The notes: generated by a model not told the origin, from the letters alone. A stretch of DNA of 64,000 bases from Anaerohalosphaeraceae bacterium (GCA_963675525.2 CAXXSL010000011.1:128001-192000); one strand, 5' to 3'; positions 19,936-31,055 are shown, counted from the stretch's first letter. A program made the numbers and translations.

Positions 19936-21057
19936 TTATTCGATTGTATAGCCGGGCGCGATCCGTTCGGGATAATCGGCCATGAGCTCAAGCGGTCCGC
20001 TGGGAATCGGCTCGTACCAGAAGGCCGTAGCGTTAACATCCTCCTGCTTGTTGTAATATCCGCCACCGCCTTCATCGCCGGCGCCGATCTGCTGAAGGGT
20101 GATGCGAATATCTTTTTTCCAGTAGAGCGGGTCATGTAAATGCCAGCGATAGAGCGTCCATCGCCAGTCTTTTCGCAGGCTTACACCGCCGTAGAGAAAC
20201 GCGTTTTCGTGGAAACCCCATGCCTGACCAATGTAGTCCTCCGTGCCGGTACCGCAAATCGTCGGAAACTCATCATCGCCATCGAGGTAAGCCTTGAATT
20301 CGCCTTCCCCCCACCACTTTTTATCAACATTATTAATACCGATGACACACCCGGCAAAGCGGCCCATGCCGATTCGTTTCGGCAGAATGGTGAAGTCTTC
20401 ACCTAGCGTGGTCGGGTTCTCGCGGCGCCAGGCAACATGCAGACGCCCTACGTCGGCGGGCAGCGTTTCATTGATCGTCAAGTCGATTTGGTAGTAGAAG
20501 GGCACATATTCATTGGGGCCTTCGTTGGTAACGGTAAATCTGGCGCTATTCGTAAACGGCATGGGCAGAAAAATCGACATGCCCGCGGTATCCGTCATAG
20601 AGTGTACCGCTGACTGATAGGCCTTTGCATAGCCGTGAGCGCAGCCGAAAAAATTGCCGATGGGTGCTTCGATGGACGGTGTTTTTTGACCGTCCCAGTA
20701 GCCGCGGATGACAAAACCCAGCAGGTTTTCAGGTTTTGCCGGCAGGGTGACCCATATCCGCCGAATGACACCGGGGCCTTTGACATCACAGAGCGTGACG
20801 GTCTGGCCGGGACCAATGTTGGTCAGAGCGGCACCTTTGCGGCCGACGCCGATTTTGCTGGCGGCCATGCCGCCTTTGCCCTTGGCCCCGGTCGGATTTT
20901 CAAAACTGATGGAGCGGGACTCAATCGGAACATTGACAACATACGGCTTTGAAGCAATATCGTCAGACCAACTAACATCATCAAATGAGTTGACCGATGT
21001 GCATCCGGCAAAGAGGGTAAGCAATACTACAAACGAAGGTACCAATTCTTTCGACAT
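19936..21057 (-). CDS. DUF2961 / GH172-family glycoside hydrolase, lipoprotein
   Basis: LFAGC lipobox; RSISFENPTG, GPGVIRRIW, WWGEGE, GTGTEDY, YRWH. Confidence 0.88.
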   Translation of the reverse strand: MSKELVPSFVVLLTLFAGCTSVNSFDDVSWSDDIASKPYVVNVPIESRSISFENPTGAKGKGGMAASKIGVGRKGAALTNIGPGQTVTLCDVKGPGVIRRIWVTLPAKPENLLGFVIRGYWDGQKTPSIEAPIGNFFGCAHGYAKAYQSAVHSMTDTAGMSIFLPMPFTNSARFTVTNEGPNEYVPFYYQIDLTINETLPADVGRLHVAWRRENPTTLGEDFTILPKRIGMGRFAGCVIGINNVDKKWWGEGEFKAYLDGDDEFPTICGTGTEDYIGQAWGFHENAFLYGGVSLRKDWRWTLYRWHLHDPLYWKKDIRITLQQIGAGDEGGGGYYNKQEDVNATAFWYEPIPSGPLELMADYPERIAPGYTIE

Positions 21058-21117
21058 GATTTCTCCTATTATTTTAAGGTTATTTTAGACTTTGGAGAGG
21101 GCCTCTGAATCTTTCGT

Positions 21118-21789
21118 TTACGGATGTGACCACTTTAGGGCATCAAGTGAAACCTCGGACAGATCGACGGCCCAGAAATCAGCGTCACATAATTGCGCTT
21201 GAGTAAATGAACTTGTCAATGCCAAACAGTGTGCACCGGCCGCTTTAGCCGCGGCAACCCCCGTAACTGCGTCCTCAACCACAAGGCAATTCTGCGAAGC
21301 AAATCCCAAACGCTCAGCGGCGAGCAGAAAAATATCTGGCGCCGGTTTCTTATAAATCACGTCTTCAGCCGTAATGACCGCATCGAAACGATCGGTGCCC
21401 AACCCAATCTCGGCCAAATTACCCATAACTTTTCGCCGGTCGGCACTGGAAGCAACAGCGATCTTTTTACCCATAGACTGACAAACTTCGATGAATTCAT
21501 AAACACCCGGCAAGGGTTTGAGTGATCCCTTGATGATCTGAAGGTATATATCATAGGTGCGTTTCTTGGCCGTATTGATATCAACAGGAAATTTGTATTT
21601 TTCCGCAACTCCTCCAATATACCGATCTTCGCCGGTGCCGACAAACGGGAGAAAATCATCCGGATGCACCGTCAAGCCCTTTTCCTTAAACATTCGGCAG
21701 GAAGCCTCGCAGATGAATTCCTCGGAATCCACCAACACACCATCCATATCAAATATGACTCCCAAAGGAAGTTCGTACTCTGTTGTCAT
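21118..21789 (-). CDS. HAD-family phosphatase (beta-phosphoglucomutase-like)
   Basis: FDMDGVLVDSE, VASS, KPAPDIF, VVEDAVTG. Confidence 0.9.
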   Translation of the reverse strand: MTTEYELPLGVIFDMDGVLVDSEEFICEASCRMFKEKGLTVHPDDFLPFVGTGEDRYIGGVAEKYKFPVDINTAKKRTYDIYLQIIKGSLKPLPGVYEFIEVCQSMGKKIAVASSADRRKVMGNLAEIGLGTDRFDAVITAEDVIYKKPAPDIFLLAAERLGFASQNCLVVEDAVTGVAAAKAAGAHCLALTSSFTQAQLCDADFWAVDLSEVSLDALKWSHP

Positions 21790-21967
21790 TGTTTATGTCC
21801 TTTTAGGGATGCATACGTATTAACAGTACAAAAACACCGACTTACGGTTTAAACGACTGAATTTAACCGCGCGCATATCCCATGCCGGTTTTATAGCCTT
21901 TTCCGACCTCACCAAACCAGTTTCCGATGTACCAGAAATGATTAGATATTTTGCTGTCTCCACTCTT

Positions 21968-22917
21968 TTATTCAGCAACTAACCACTCACCGCCATGCTC
22001 AAGGTTGTCTTTCGTAAATACACGGGAGTTGAGAGTGATTTCCTTTTCAACTGGTTGTTTCTGAAATATCTTCATGGCCGTTTCAATGGCTTCTTTTCCG
22101 CCGGTCGGGTATTCAAAGCTGGCCGAAAGGATGCCCTGCTTGACATAGGCCTGCCCTTCCTGCGGCAATCCGTCGATCCCCACAAAAAGCATCTCTTTTT
22201 CACGACCGGCAGCGGCAGCGGCCAGATAGGCACCGTGGGCGCCGGGGTCGTTATGGGCATAGACCAAATCGATGTTCTCAAATCGTGCCAGTGCCGATTC
22301 CATTTCTTTGCGGGCATTCGGCTCCAGCCATTTCATATCGGCTTCAAAAATAATGTCGAGCTGACTGCCTTCAATCCCGCACGAAACCCGGTATGTCTGT
22401 CCTGTCCGGGCGTGGAGGTCATCAGGCCTTTCAGTTCGACAACATTTCCTTTGCCGCCGAGTTTTTCAACAATCCATTTTCCGGCGGCGGTGCCGATTTT
22501 TTTATTGTCAGCCCCGATGAAAGAAGTGTATTGGTCGGCTAATACACGGCGATCCAGAACAATGACGGGAATGCCCTGCTTGTAGGCCTGTGCGACTACG
22601 GGGGTCAGCGGAGCGGCTTCTTTGGGCGAGATAATAATTAAATCAACGCCGGCACTGATGAATTCCTCCATCTGGGCCTGCTGCTTCAAGGTGTCGTTCT
22701 GTGCATCCTTGAAAATGACTTTTAATTCAGGCTGTTGTTCGGCAGCGGCTTTGATATCAGCGTTCATCTGGACACGCCAGGGTTCTCCCAGATTGCACTG
22801 GCTCATGCCAATCGTCCAACCGGTCTTTTCAACCTGAGAATCATCTTTTTTTTGACAACCCGTTGTGAACACGAGCATCATTGCAATCAATAGTGACAGT
22901 ATTTTTACCCTTTTCAT
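21968..22917 (-). pseudogene. Ribose-type sugar ABC substrate-binding lipoprotein, split by a 1-nt frameshift (probably an assembly error)
   Basis: ORFs 22333..22917 and 21968..22336 fuse if one G is added at the GGG run (22376-22378), giving AGIEGSQLDIIFEADMKW; TTGC lipobox, IGADN, AHND, GIDG. Confidence 0.85.
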
Positions 22918-22932
22918 TGTGCTATCCTTTCG

Positions 22933-23928
22933 TTATTTGTTTTTCTGCAATAAAACCGCCGCAACAATAATGACACCGGTCAACATCAATCGCTTGTCTT
23001 CGCCGACCGCGTTGATACTGAGAATTTTTTCCAAATAGCCAATGGTCAGAATACCAATCAGTGTCAGCCAGATACTGCCCTTGCCTCCCTGCAATGTGGT
23101 CCCGCCAATCACGACCATGGCAATGGCTGACAGTTCGTACGCTGTTCCCGCTTCCGGGTCGCCCTGAAACTCCTGCGCAGCCTGACAAATTCCGGCTACC
23201 GCGGCAAACAGCCCGCTCATCCCATAGGCCAGAATTTTAATTGGATTGACCGGCACGCCGGATAGTCTTGCAGATTCTTCATTGCCACCGATGGCATACA
23301 CATACCGTCCCTGCCGGAGTTTTTTCAGCAACAACCATGAGATTAAAATGCACACAAGAAGAATGACCGTTACGACGGTAATATTGCCGCCGAAGACTTT
23401 CGCGTTGATGAGATTGAAGATTTCGGGGATATCCACATACTGATAGGTGCCGTCGGGTTGCTGGACGGCCGTGGAGATTTTCTGGCCGCCGGAGACCCAC
23501 TTGGCCAACCCGCGTGCAAAGACCATCATCGCCAGCGTGGCGATAAACGGCTGAATCTTAAACTTACCGATTAAAAAGCCGGACAACGCACCGCAGCAGG
23601 TTCCGGCAATGATACAAATAATAATCGCCAGAAAAGCACCCCATTGCCAGTGAATCGATACCAAGGAAAACATGACGGCCGTAAACGCAAGCACACTGCC
23701 GACGGACAAATCAATACCTCCGGCAATAATTACAATCGTCATGCCGCAGGCCAAGATGCCGTACACGGAAACGGCGCGAAGCATGTCTCGATGTGTACCC
23801 CACTTGTAGAAAGCGCCATCGGCATGAAACATCAGCCCCAACGCCACTACGACAATGAGTGCACCCAGCGCCCGCGTTGTGGGAGAATGGAGAAAATCTG
23901 TTCGCGATTTTGCTAAATCTTTTGTCAT
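22933..23928 (-). CDS. Sugar ABC transporter permease (RbsC-like)
   Basis: GGIDLSVGS, PFIATL, YAIGGNEESARLSG, YELSAIAMVVIGG. Confidence 0.93.
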   Translation of the reverse strand: MTKDLAKSRTDFLHSPTTRALGALIVVVALGLMFHADGAFYKWGTHRDMLRAVSVYGILACGMTIVIIAGGIDLSVGSVLAFTAVMFSLVSIHWQWGAFLAIIICIIAGTCCGALSGFLIGKFKIQPFIATLAMMVFARGLAKWVSGGQKISTAVQQPDGTYQYVDIPEIFNLINAKVFGGNITVVTVILLVCILISWLLLKKLRQGRYVYAIGGNEESARLSGVPVNPIKILAYGMSGLFAAVAGICQAAQEFQGDPEAGTAYELSAIAMVVIGGTTLQGGKGSIWLTLIGILTIGYLEKILSINAVGEDKRLMLTGVIIVAAVLLQKNK

Positions 23929-23930
23929 AA

Positions 23931-25454
23931 CTATGATTCCTCTTTTACGGTTTGCCCCAGTGCGGCGTTAAGTATTTTTTCCTGCGTAGCCTGATCGCCG
24001 GAAAACTCGGCGGTTATTCGGCCCCGATGCATGACCATAATCCGGTCGCTCATCGCCAGCAACTCGGGCATTTCTGATGTGATCAAAACAATGGCCAGCC
24101 CCACCTGTGTCCATTGATTCATCAACTCGTAAATTTCCTGTTTGGCTCCCACGTCCACACCCCGCGTCGGTTCGTCAAGCAACAAGACTTTGGGGTCGGT
24201 CTGAATCCATTTGGCCAGTACCACTTTCTGCTGATTGCCGCCGGACAATGCGTTGACCGGTTGGTGTAAACTTTCCGCCTTTAAACGAAGTGATCGGACG
24301 GTTTCGGATACGGCCTTTTTTTCCGCAGCGGGACGAAGCCAACTATTGGGCGAAAACTTTTGCAACGACGCCAGTGACGCATTATACAAAACAGGCATCT
24401 CCAACACCAGGCCGGAAGTTTTTCGGTCATTGGTGAGTAAGGCCACCCCCTGCTGAATCGAGCAGGCGGGATTTGAAATGGGTTGTTCCTTGCCATCAAT
24501 CTTCACAGTGCCTTTTACGCGTGTTCCATAAGAGCCGAAAATGCCGTGCAGTAATTGGGAATTTCCGGAACCCTGCAATCCGGCAATGCCCAGAATCTCG
24601 CCGGCATGTACCTGAAACGAGACATCTTTGACAGCGGGGATGGGATTTTCGGCTGTTGCGGGAACAGTAATGCCGGATGCTTCCAGGCGGACATCGCCTC
24701 GCTTTGACTGATGTCTTGGAAATTGCTGGTCCAGTTCGCGCCCCACCATCCAATGGACTAATTTGTCAGAAGGCAGTTTTTCGGCTGTTTCGGTGCCGAT
24801 GTATTGGCCGTCACGGAGTACGCTGATGCGGTCAGCGATTTGATAAATCTCCTCCATTTTGTGAGATATATAAACAATGCCGCAGCCCTTTTGTTTTAAC
24901 TGCGCAATAATTGAGAAGAGTTTTTCCACTTCCGGTTCGGTCAAGGCGCTGGTTGGTTCATCCATGACAATGATTTTCGAGTTATATGACAATGCCTTGG
25001 CGATCTCAACCATCTGCTGAAGACCGATGGGCAACTCATCAACTGCCTGACTGACATTGATTTTCAGACCAAGCCCTTCCAGTAGATTCTGTGCACTTTG
25101 TTTCATCCGGTCATGATGAACCCAGGACAAGCGATGCATTTCACGCCCCAGGAAAATATTCTCATAGACGCTCAGGGTGCCCACCAGCGACAGTTCCTGA
25201 TGGATGATCGAAATGCCGCCGGCGGCGGCATCCTGAACTGACTTGAACTTCACCGGTTTGCCTTCCAACTGAATGGTTCCGGCATAATCGGTCAGCACGC
25301 CTCCCAGAATCTTCATGAGCGTGCTTTTGCCGGCGCCATTTTCACCAGCCAGGATATGAACCTCTGATGGACACAAGTCAAAGTGAACCTCCTTCAGAAC
25401 ATCCACAGGCCCGAAAGACTTCGATATTGTTTTCATTTCCAGCAAAGGCACCAT
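23931..25454 (-). CDS. Sugar ABC transporter ATP-binding protein (RbsA-like)
   Basis: GENGAGKST, MDEPT, LSGGNQQKV, LDEPTRGVD; two ABC domains. Confidence 0.95.
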   Translation of the reverse strand: MVPLLEMKTISKSFGPVDVLKEVHFDLCPSEVHILAGENGAGKSTLMKILGGVLTDYAGTIQLEGKPVKFKSVQDAAAGGISIIHQELSLVGTLSVYENIFLGREMHRLSWVHHDRMKQSAQNLLEGLGLKINVSQAVDELPIGLQQMVEIAKALSYNSKIIVMDEPTSALTEPEVEKLFSIIAQLKQKGCGIVYISHKMEEIYQIADRISVLRDGQYIGTETAEKLPSDKLVHWMVGRELDQQFPRHQSKRGDVRLEASGITVPATAENPIPAVKDVSFQVHAGEILGIAGLQGSGNSQLLHGIFGSYGTRVKGTVKIDGKEQPISNPACSIQQGVALLTNDRKTSGLVLEMPVLYNASLASLQKFSPNSWLRPAAEKKAVSETVRSLRLKAESLHQPVNALSGGNQQKVVLAKWIQTDPKVLLLDEPTRGVDVGAKQEIYELMNQWTQVGLAIVLITSEMPELLAMSDRIMVMHRGRITAEFSGDQATQEKILNAALGQTVKEES

Positions 25455-25536
25455 ACGAACACCCTGACGTTAACTTTTATTTGAAAGGTTTATTGACGAT
25501 TGTATTTAACCGCAAACGAATGCAGAAATCAAGCAA

Positions 25537-26484
25537 CTATTCCGGCGACGGTTGCCATCCATACGACATATATTGATGAACAAACGTTCCATCTTCAAAT
25601 AAGTCAAAGACACCGTAGCCTTCATCGCATTCCATGTGGTCACCTTGCCACCATTTCGCACATACCGCACCGTCACAAATGTAGGTCACGCCATTGTATT
25701 TGACATAATCCACCAGATGCAGGTGTCCGCTGATACATAACTTCACATTTTGATATTCGGCAAACAAATCTTTTATTCTTCTGGCATCCAGATGCATCCA
25801 TTGACGAGGCAATTTCCATTGTCCGTCTTTTTCATTGTCCCCATCCAAATACGCCGCAACCGACAGTATCGGAATATGTGAAACGATCACAATATATTTG
25901 TCCTGATTTTCCTTTAACTCCTGCCGCAACCACTGAAATTGCTCATTATCCAGACCCGCAGAATAATGTTCTCCCTCCGGCTGCACACTATCCAATATAA
26001 TAAAATGCCAGGAGTCTTTGGAAAAAGCGTAATAGCGATTCGGCAGTTCAAATTCCTGAATCGGCCTCTTTTTGCCCCAAAAAGATTCTTCACCGGTTGT
26101 TTCGCTATATTTTTTATTCCATCCCCAGGTGTCATGGTTTCCAATGCAATATTTGATCGGAATGCGACAATGTTCATCGAATACCTTTTTGAGTGTATCG
26201 TATTGAATGGCGACCCAATCGGCTTTGGCACCCATTGCGTCCATAACATGGTCACCGCCGGTAACCAACAATTCCGGCTTATCCTCTAATGCCTGCATAT
26301 GTTCCAGCGCTTGGGCCAATCCCTGCGGAGCGTTGCGTTTCGGCTCCATATGAATGTCTGTGAAATGGGCAAATCGAATCACACGTTGTGGATTCTTTCG
26401 GGCCTTGAGGGCAGAAGACTGCGAACATGAACTGGCGAATAACACCAACGATGAAAATAAAATAAATCGCATGTATTTTTTCAT
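25537..26484 (-). CDS. Calcineurin-like metallophosphoesterase, lipoprotein
   Basis: ASSC lipobox; TDIH, GGD, GNHD, SHIP, SGHLH; ORF track start 26502. Confidence 0.9.
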   Translation of the reverse strand: MKKYMRFILFSSLVLFASSCSQSSALKARKNPQRVIRFAHFTDIHMEPKRNAPQGLAQALEHMQALEDKPELLVTGGDHVMDAMGAKADWVAIQYDTLKKVFDEHCRIPIKYCIGNHDTWGWNKKYSETTGEESFWGKKRPIQEFELPNRYYAFSKDSWHFIILDSVQPEGEHYSAGLDNEQFQWLRQELKENQDKYIVIVSHIPILSVAAYLDGDNEKDGQWKLPRQWMHLDARRIKDLFAEYQNVKLCISGHLHLVDYVKYNGVTYICDGAVCAKWWQGDHMECDEGYGVFDLFEDGTFVHQYMSYGWQPSPE

Positions 26485-26486
26485 AT

Positions 26487-27890
26487 TTATTTGTCCTTGC
26501 ATGGGTTAGCCTGATAAATACCGCCAAAATTGATGTGCCCCCAAGGCCCAGAGGAGTCATCCACCACGATAATCTTCACCGTCCTATTCATAAATGCCTG
26601 ACAGTCAACAAGAATCGGCTCCAATAGATTATGATTATTACCCGTCGCTCGGAAATACTCCTTGCCGGTACCGGCATCGACAATACTGACATAGAGCTGC
26701 TCCTGATCATTGCCGCCGGAAACAAACATTACACTATCCGGACTTGTTATGCAAAAACTCGGGCTTTCGATTTTACCGGTCAGCGAATCATCAAATTCTT
26801 TCGGGTCGGTTTCAGACGTTGCAATGAAATATTCCGTCTTCGGATGAAACCATGCGCGGGTTGAATTGGTAAATACCGTCGGCAAGTTTCCTTCAACCTG
26901 TTTCCATTGTGAACGATGGTCCTGCACATCAAATGCAAAGACAGGCTTTTCAAAACATTTCCATTTCAATCGGGCAATCCGCACACCGTCCAAATCCGGA
27001 CTCAGCGCAGCGATATAGTAGCGACCGTCAAGTGTGACGATTTCCGGTGCGCACAGATTAAACTGCCGAACATAGTAGGAATCGTTGTCAATGCCGAAAT
27101 GATAGGGGTTGTCAGATTGATAAACCGTTGTTTGTGCGCCGGGTCCGTAAAACTGGGTCCGGAATAAAAAGTAGCTGCCCGGTACCGTTTCGATCACATG
27201 CGGACATTCGCACGAATACGGATTATTGCCTGCCTTGCCACCATAGCCAACAATCACAGGATCGGACCACTTCAACAGGTCCTCTGACGTTCGGCAATAA
27301 ACATAGCCGTGTTGAGCCGGAAAAGCGGTGTAGTAGCAGTTCCACTTATCCTTTGTAAACAACAACATCGGATCACGCGTATTGACAAACGGTCCTTCGT
27401 TAAAGATGACGCCTGCCTTCGCATATCGTTTGAATTCCTTACCGTCTTTGCTGGTCGCCAGACGCATGTTGTCCCAGTCGCCATAAGCCATCCAGAACAG
27501 TCCGTCATGCCTGATGACATGAGGCGCCTGAAGACCGCCCAGCGGTTCGCCCAATTCCGGCTTCGCTTCCATGGCGATGCCTTTTGGAGTCCAATCCTTA
27601 TCCGTCAGCTTTTTGCCCTCCCATCGATAAAACAGACGTGTATGTCCGCCCAGATTTGTAAACCGAATACAGGACCAAAGCTGCCATGTTCCATCGGCCG
27701 CCTGCCACAATGCAAAATCGACGGGTTGCTGTTTGTCACTGTTATATTCTCCCAGATCATCGGGCGTAGAGGCGACTTTCCACCATTGGCCGTCAATAAC
27801 CGGAATATGGAACTCCCCGGCGTACAGGTTCGCAAACAAAGACAACAAAACAATAATCAGGATACTTCTCACGCAAGGCAAATACGTCAT
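26487..27890 (-). CDS. Five-bladed beta-propeller glycoside hydrolase (GH32/GH43-like) with C-terminal jelly-roll domain
   Basis: Signal peptide begins at Met 27890; PVDF, QAPHVI, RDP, ECP, APE motifs; the ORF extends in frame to 28070 through an unrelated segment. Confidence 0.75.
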   Translation of the reverse strand: MTYLPCVRSILIIVLLSLFANLYAGEFHIPVIDGQWWKVASTPDDLGEYNSDKQQPVDFALWQAADGTWQLWSCIRFTNLGGHTRLFYRWEGKKLTDKDWTPKGIAMEAKPELGEPLGGLQAPHVIRHDGLFWMAYGDWDNMRLATSKDGKEFKRYAKAGVIFNEGPFVNTRDPMLLFTKDKWNCYYTAFPAQHGYVYCRTSEDLLKWSDPVIVGYGGKAGNNPYSCECPHVIETVPGSYFLFRTQFYGPGAQTTVYQSDNPYHFGIDNDSYYVRQFNLCAPEIVTLDGRYYIAALSPDLDGVRIARLKWKCFEKPVFAFDVQDHRSQWKQVEGNLPTVFTNSTRAWFHPKTEYFIATSETDPKEFDDSLTGKIESPSFCITSPDSVMFVSGGNDQEQLYVSIVDAGTGKEYFRATGNNHNLLEPILVDCQAFMNRTVKIIVVDDSSGPWGHINFGGIYQANPCKDK

Positions 27891-28070
27891 TGTTGGATTT
27901 GGATTCCACCCTTTGACACGGGCAGGCATGCCAGTATCCACCAACTGTTGATAAATCTGTCCCCAGGCCCCGCCGAACGACAGTCCCGATGCGCCAGGCA
28001 ACCCAATCAAGGGAACATAATCAACCGTTTGCCCATTACAGACTGCTTTAAAACGCTCCAATTCATTCAT
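27891..28070 (-). pseudogene. N-terminal remnant of a uroporphyrinogen decarboxylase/methyltransferase-family gene, in frame with the downstream GH
   Basis: MNELERFKAVCNGQTVDYVP resembles the M..ER..A..G...D..P start of UroD/MtaA-family proteins and precedes a signal peptide. Confidence 0.55.
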
Positions 28071-30679
28071 TATTTTTTCTGCCCTTGCTTAAACTCCGCC
28101 ATGGGACCGATTTCCAACGCCTGAATGATCGCCTCTTTGTCGTCAACACCGGTCAAGTGAATTTCAATCACTCCGTTTTTAGGCTTGATGTCGGTAAATG
28201 TTTTATCCACGGCGGCGAAAATACCGCCGGCCGCCTCGGAAACATTCATTTTTTCGATAACCGAATCACCGTTGATTTTGACGTTGACTGCATGTGAGAT
28301 TCGATTGTTGTCTTTGTCCCGTTCGAGAAAAGGATGCAGGGGCGTATCCGCAAACTTCAGAACCACATAATACGTGCCGGGGCCAACCGTCAGATTCACC
28401 CAGAAATCATTGCCGTGAACTCCGTAACGATATAACTCCGGGTCCGGGGTGTTGCCGATATACATGCTGCGTCGCCTGGTCCACCAAGCCCTTTCGACCG
28501 TATCTTTACCATAGCCGCTGCGAATGACCCATTCCGTCGCCGGACGCCATGCGTTCCCGTTCGAATCAACATAATCCTGACGTTCAGGATACCCGAAGAT
28601 CATGCGCTGTGCCCCGGTCGGTCCTGAACCCTGGCCAAAATCCGATTCGGACAAGGCATCGGAAGTCTGAATGTAATCGACGGAGATGTCTTTTCCCTTT
28701 GATATCAAATTGCCTTTTTCCTGTACGACGATCTTCAGAACGTGCTGCGTGTTTTCCATGCCGTTTCTGTAATAAAGCAACTGCCTGTTTCGGACGCACG
28801 GGTTCCAGCAATCGATGAGGGTCAATTGCTTCTGACCATCGATATAAACATCCGCCAGTCCGCCCTCGGGGCCGACTTGTCCGAATACTCGCACCTGGTT
28901 ACCGGTAAACGTATATTCAAGCGATGCTTTCTTTTTGCTACTGACATGGAGTTTTTCATCCATCGCATCCTTGGCGGAAATCTCCTTCCAGTCTCCCGTG
29001 AATTTCAACTGTGCGTCGTCAACCTGTTCCTGGGGATCATCTTGTCCGGCAATCACAATTTCCTTAGCCCTATCATGGCGAACGGTCACAATGTAATCAG
29101 CATCAGGGAGTGGTTTAACCGTATAACCATTGCGATTCAGGCCGGCGATTTCTAACAGCGGCTTTGCGTCCGCGGTAATCGACGTCGGCCGATAGGAAAG
29201 TCGAATAATATCAATCGTTTCCGTCGGCGCATCAAATGTGGAATATTCAATCCTGTTCTTTTCGTAAACCACATGGTTCACAACCGACGTACTTCGCATA
29301 ATATGGTTTTCATGTTTCGGCCCGAATAATTCCGGCGTCCACGTTAACGCTTCCATGACCTGACACAGCGGCCACGGATGGGCCAAGTTTGACCATTCTT
29401 TAGTCGCGACCGGTTCACCAAAAATACCGTCCCAGACAACACCATTTTCATGGCTGTCATAGGTCGCCATGATCATCATTCGCCGCCCGATTTCTAAAAT
29501 CCGGTCATCGTTGGCCAAAATTCCAAAACGCAACAATGTGGGAGCCGCCGTATACTGGTTGTAAGAAAGCGACGTCCCGCAGCAGGTCGCGGATTCCGGA
29601 AAAGCCCACGCACCGTGATACACATCACCCACGGAATAAGGATCGGCTCCATTACGGTTAAAGATCAATGTCAGGATATTCCGCAAATCCGTTTCCCAAG
29701 CGGGGAACGATTGGGGGTTCTTCATGATATAATCACCGCACATGGAAACAATGCCGCAAATGACCGGGTTGTCCCAATCCCAATAGTTCCGGCCCCATGT
29801 ATCATTTTCAAGCCACTCGGGCATCAGCTCATTCTGAACATAACGTCGCCCCGCATCACGGGCGTTAATAATAGCACGGTCATTGCCCGTATATCCTATT
29901 CGAATCAACTCATCCAGAAAATCCAGAATCAAGGTTACACTGCCGGTTAACTCATCCGACCAGCCGACAACCTCCGGATGCGTATAGCGATTCCAAGGCG
30001 GTGAGGTTGGGTCCAGATTGCACTTTTCGGCAAACACATCACCCCAGTGTTTGGCCGCTTCAAGATAACGTTCATTGCCGGTCAGCTTATAAGCCCGCAG
30101 AATCTCCGTTCCGACAATCGCACACAGGTCCAGTTGCGTGCGCGCATCCTGAATACACTTGCCATAGGCCTTGCCCTTGGTCGGCGTAGCGATCGGAAAC
30201 CGGGACCAGTCGTGGTCTTCGGTCGTCTGGGCATAATCCAGAATGTAATCAGCTGTCAAGGGAATATAGAGAAACGCAATCGGATCGCCGCTGTATTGAT
30301 AATAAGCCGTCAGTCCCTTAATGATACTCCAGGCACGCTGACTCAGGTCGCCGCACATCCAGTCATTGGTCACAGGAATCAGGATCGTCCCGTCCTCCTT
30401 GATGCTCCAGTGCGAGTTATAGATGAAATCCGGTGCGGCCATCACGGCCTTTTTTTCATCGACCCACGGGTATCGCTTCATCGCCTCAACAGCTATCCGC
30501 AATCGCTCGTCCAGTGGGCCATTTTGTCCGGGGTGCCAGGACGTAATCACACCATACGAGTCCTGGACCACTTCATGTGCATAATAACTGGAACGCGACT
30601 CCGACGCATGTAAAATGCCTGACATCGTCACAATGACGAAAAATAGCCCAAAATAATCGAACAATACCCTAAACCGCAT
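28070..30679 (-). CDS. Secreted protein: unassigned N-terminal domain, jelly-roll domain, C-terminal malectin-like domain
   Basis: Signal peptide; YTFTGNQVRVFG..DVYIDG; DYVDSNGNAW, TPDPELYR, GTYYVVLKFA, IIQALEI are malectin-like. Confidence 0.75.
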   Translation of the reverse strand: MRFRVLFDYFGLFFVIVTMSGILHASESRSSYYAHEVVQDSYGVITSWHPGQNGPLDERLRIAVEAMKRYPWVDEKKAVMAAPDFIYNSHWSIKEDGTILIPVTNDWMCGDLSQRAWSIIKGLTAYYQYSGDPIAFLYIPLTADYILDYAQTTEDHDWSRFPIATPTKGKAYGKCIQDARTQLDLCAIVGTEILRAYKLTGNERYLEAAKHWGDVFAEKCNLDPTSPPWNRYTHPEVVGWSDELTGSVTLILDFLDELIRIGYTGNDRAIINARDAGRRYVQNELMPEWLENDTWGRNYWDWDNPVICGIVSMCGDYIMKNPQSFPAWETDLRNILTLIFNRNGADPYSVGDVYHGAWAFPESATCCGTSLSYNQYTAAPTLLRFGILANDDRILEIGRRMMIMATYDSHENGVVWDGIFGEPVATKEWSNLAHPWPLCQVMEALTWTPELFGPKHENHIMRSTSVVNHVVYEKNRIEYSTFDAPTETIDIIRLSYRPTSITADAKPLLEIAGLNRNGYTVKPLPDADYIVTVRHDRAKEIVIAGQDDPQEQVDDAQLKFTGDWKEISAKDAMDEKLHVSSKKKASLEYTFTGNQVRVFGQVGPEGGLADVYIDGQKQLTLIDCWNPCVRNRQLLYYRNGMENTQHVLKIVVQEKGNLISKGKDISVDYIQTSDALSESDFGQGSGPTGAQRMIFGYPERQDYVDSNGNAWRPATEWVIRSGYGKDTVERAWWTRRRSMYIGNTPDPELYRYGVHGNDFWVNLTVGPGTYYVVLKFADTPLHPFLERDKDNNRISHAVNVKINGDSVIEKMNVSEAAGGIFAAVDKTFTDIKPKNGVIEIHLTGVDDKEAIIQALEIGPMAEFKQGQKK

Positions 30680-31055
30680 AACCGCCTTTCATCTGTTATT
30701 TGCTGTCAATAACTACTTGATAGTCTCAATTATTTTATGAATCGCCAACTGCTTCATCATTTGAGTAAAAACAAAAGACATCGACATATTAATACCGCAA
30801 ATCTTTGTCTTAGAATTATAGTATTATAAATTAATTTGAAAATCAATTAAATTTTTCAACAAACTGAACGGAACATACTTAAAAGTCTTATTTTAATGGA
30901 CTTATGAGAAATACATATCTAATACTCTTATCTAAAAACGAGCTTGTTTTCCTCAAAAATCAAATCGTCCTTAAATTTTCCTTGATTTTGGTTATATAAA
31001 GCTGATATTACTATAAATAGACATAAAAACCGTCAATAACAGAAAGCTACAGAAC

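Noticed and set aside
21865..21960. Startless minus-strand frame NHFWYIGNWFGEVGKGYKTGMGYARG* between the binding protein and HAD genes
   Set aside because: May be another gene scar, but I cannot assign it to any family
30680..31055. AT-rich divergent region with imperfect palindromes as AraC sites
   Set aside because: No convincing repeat or promoter spacing above AT-rich background
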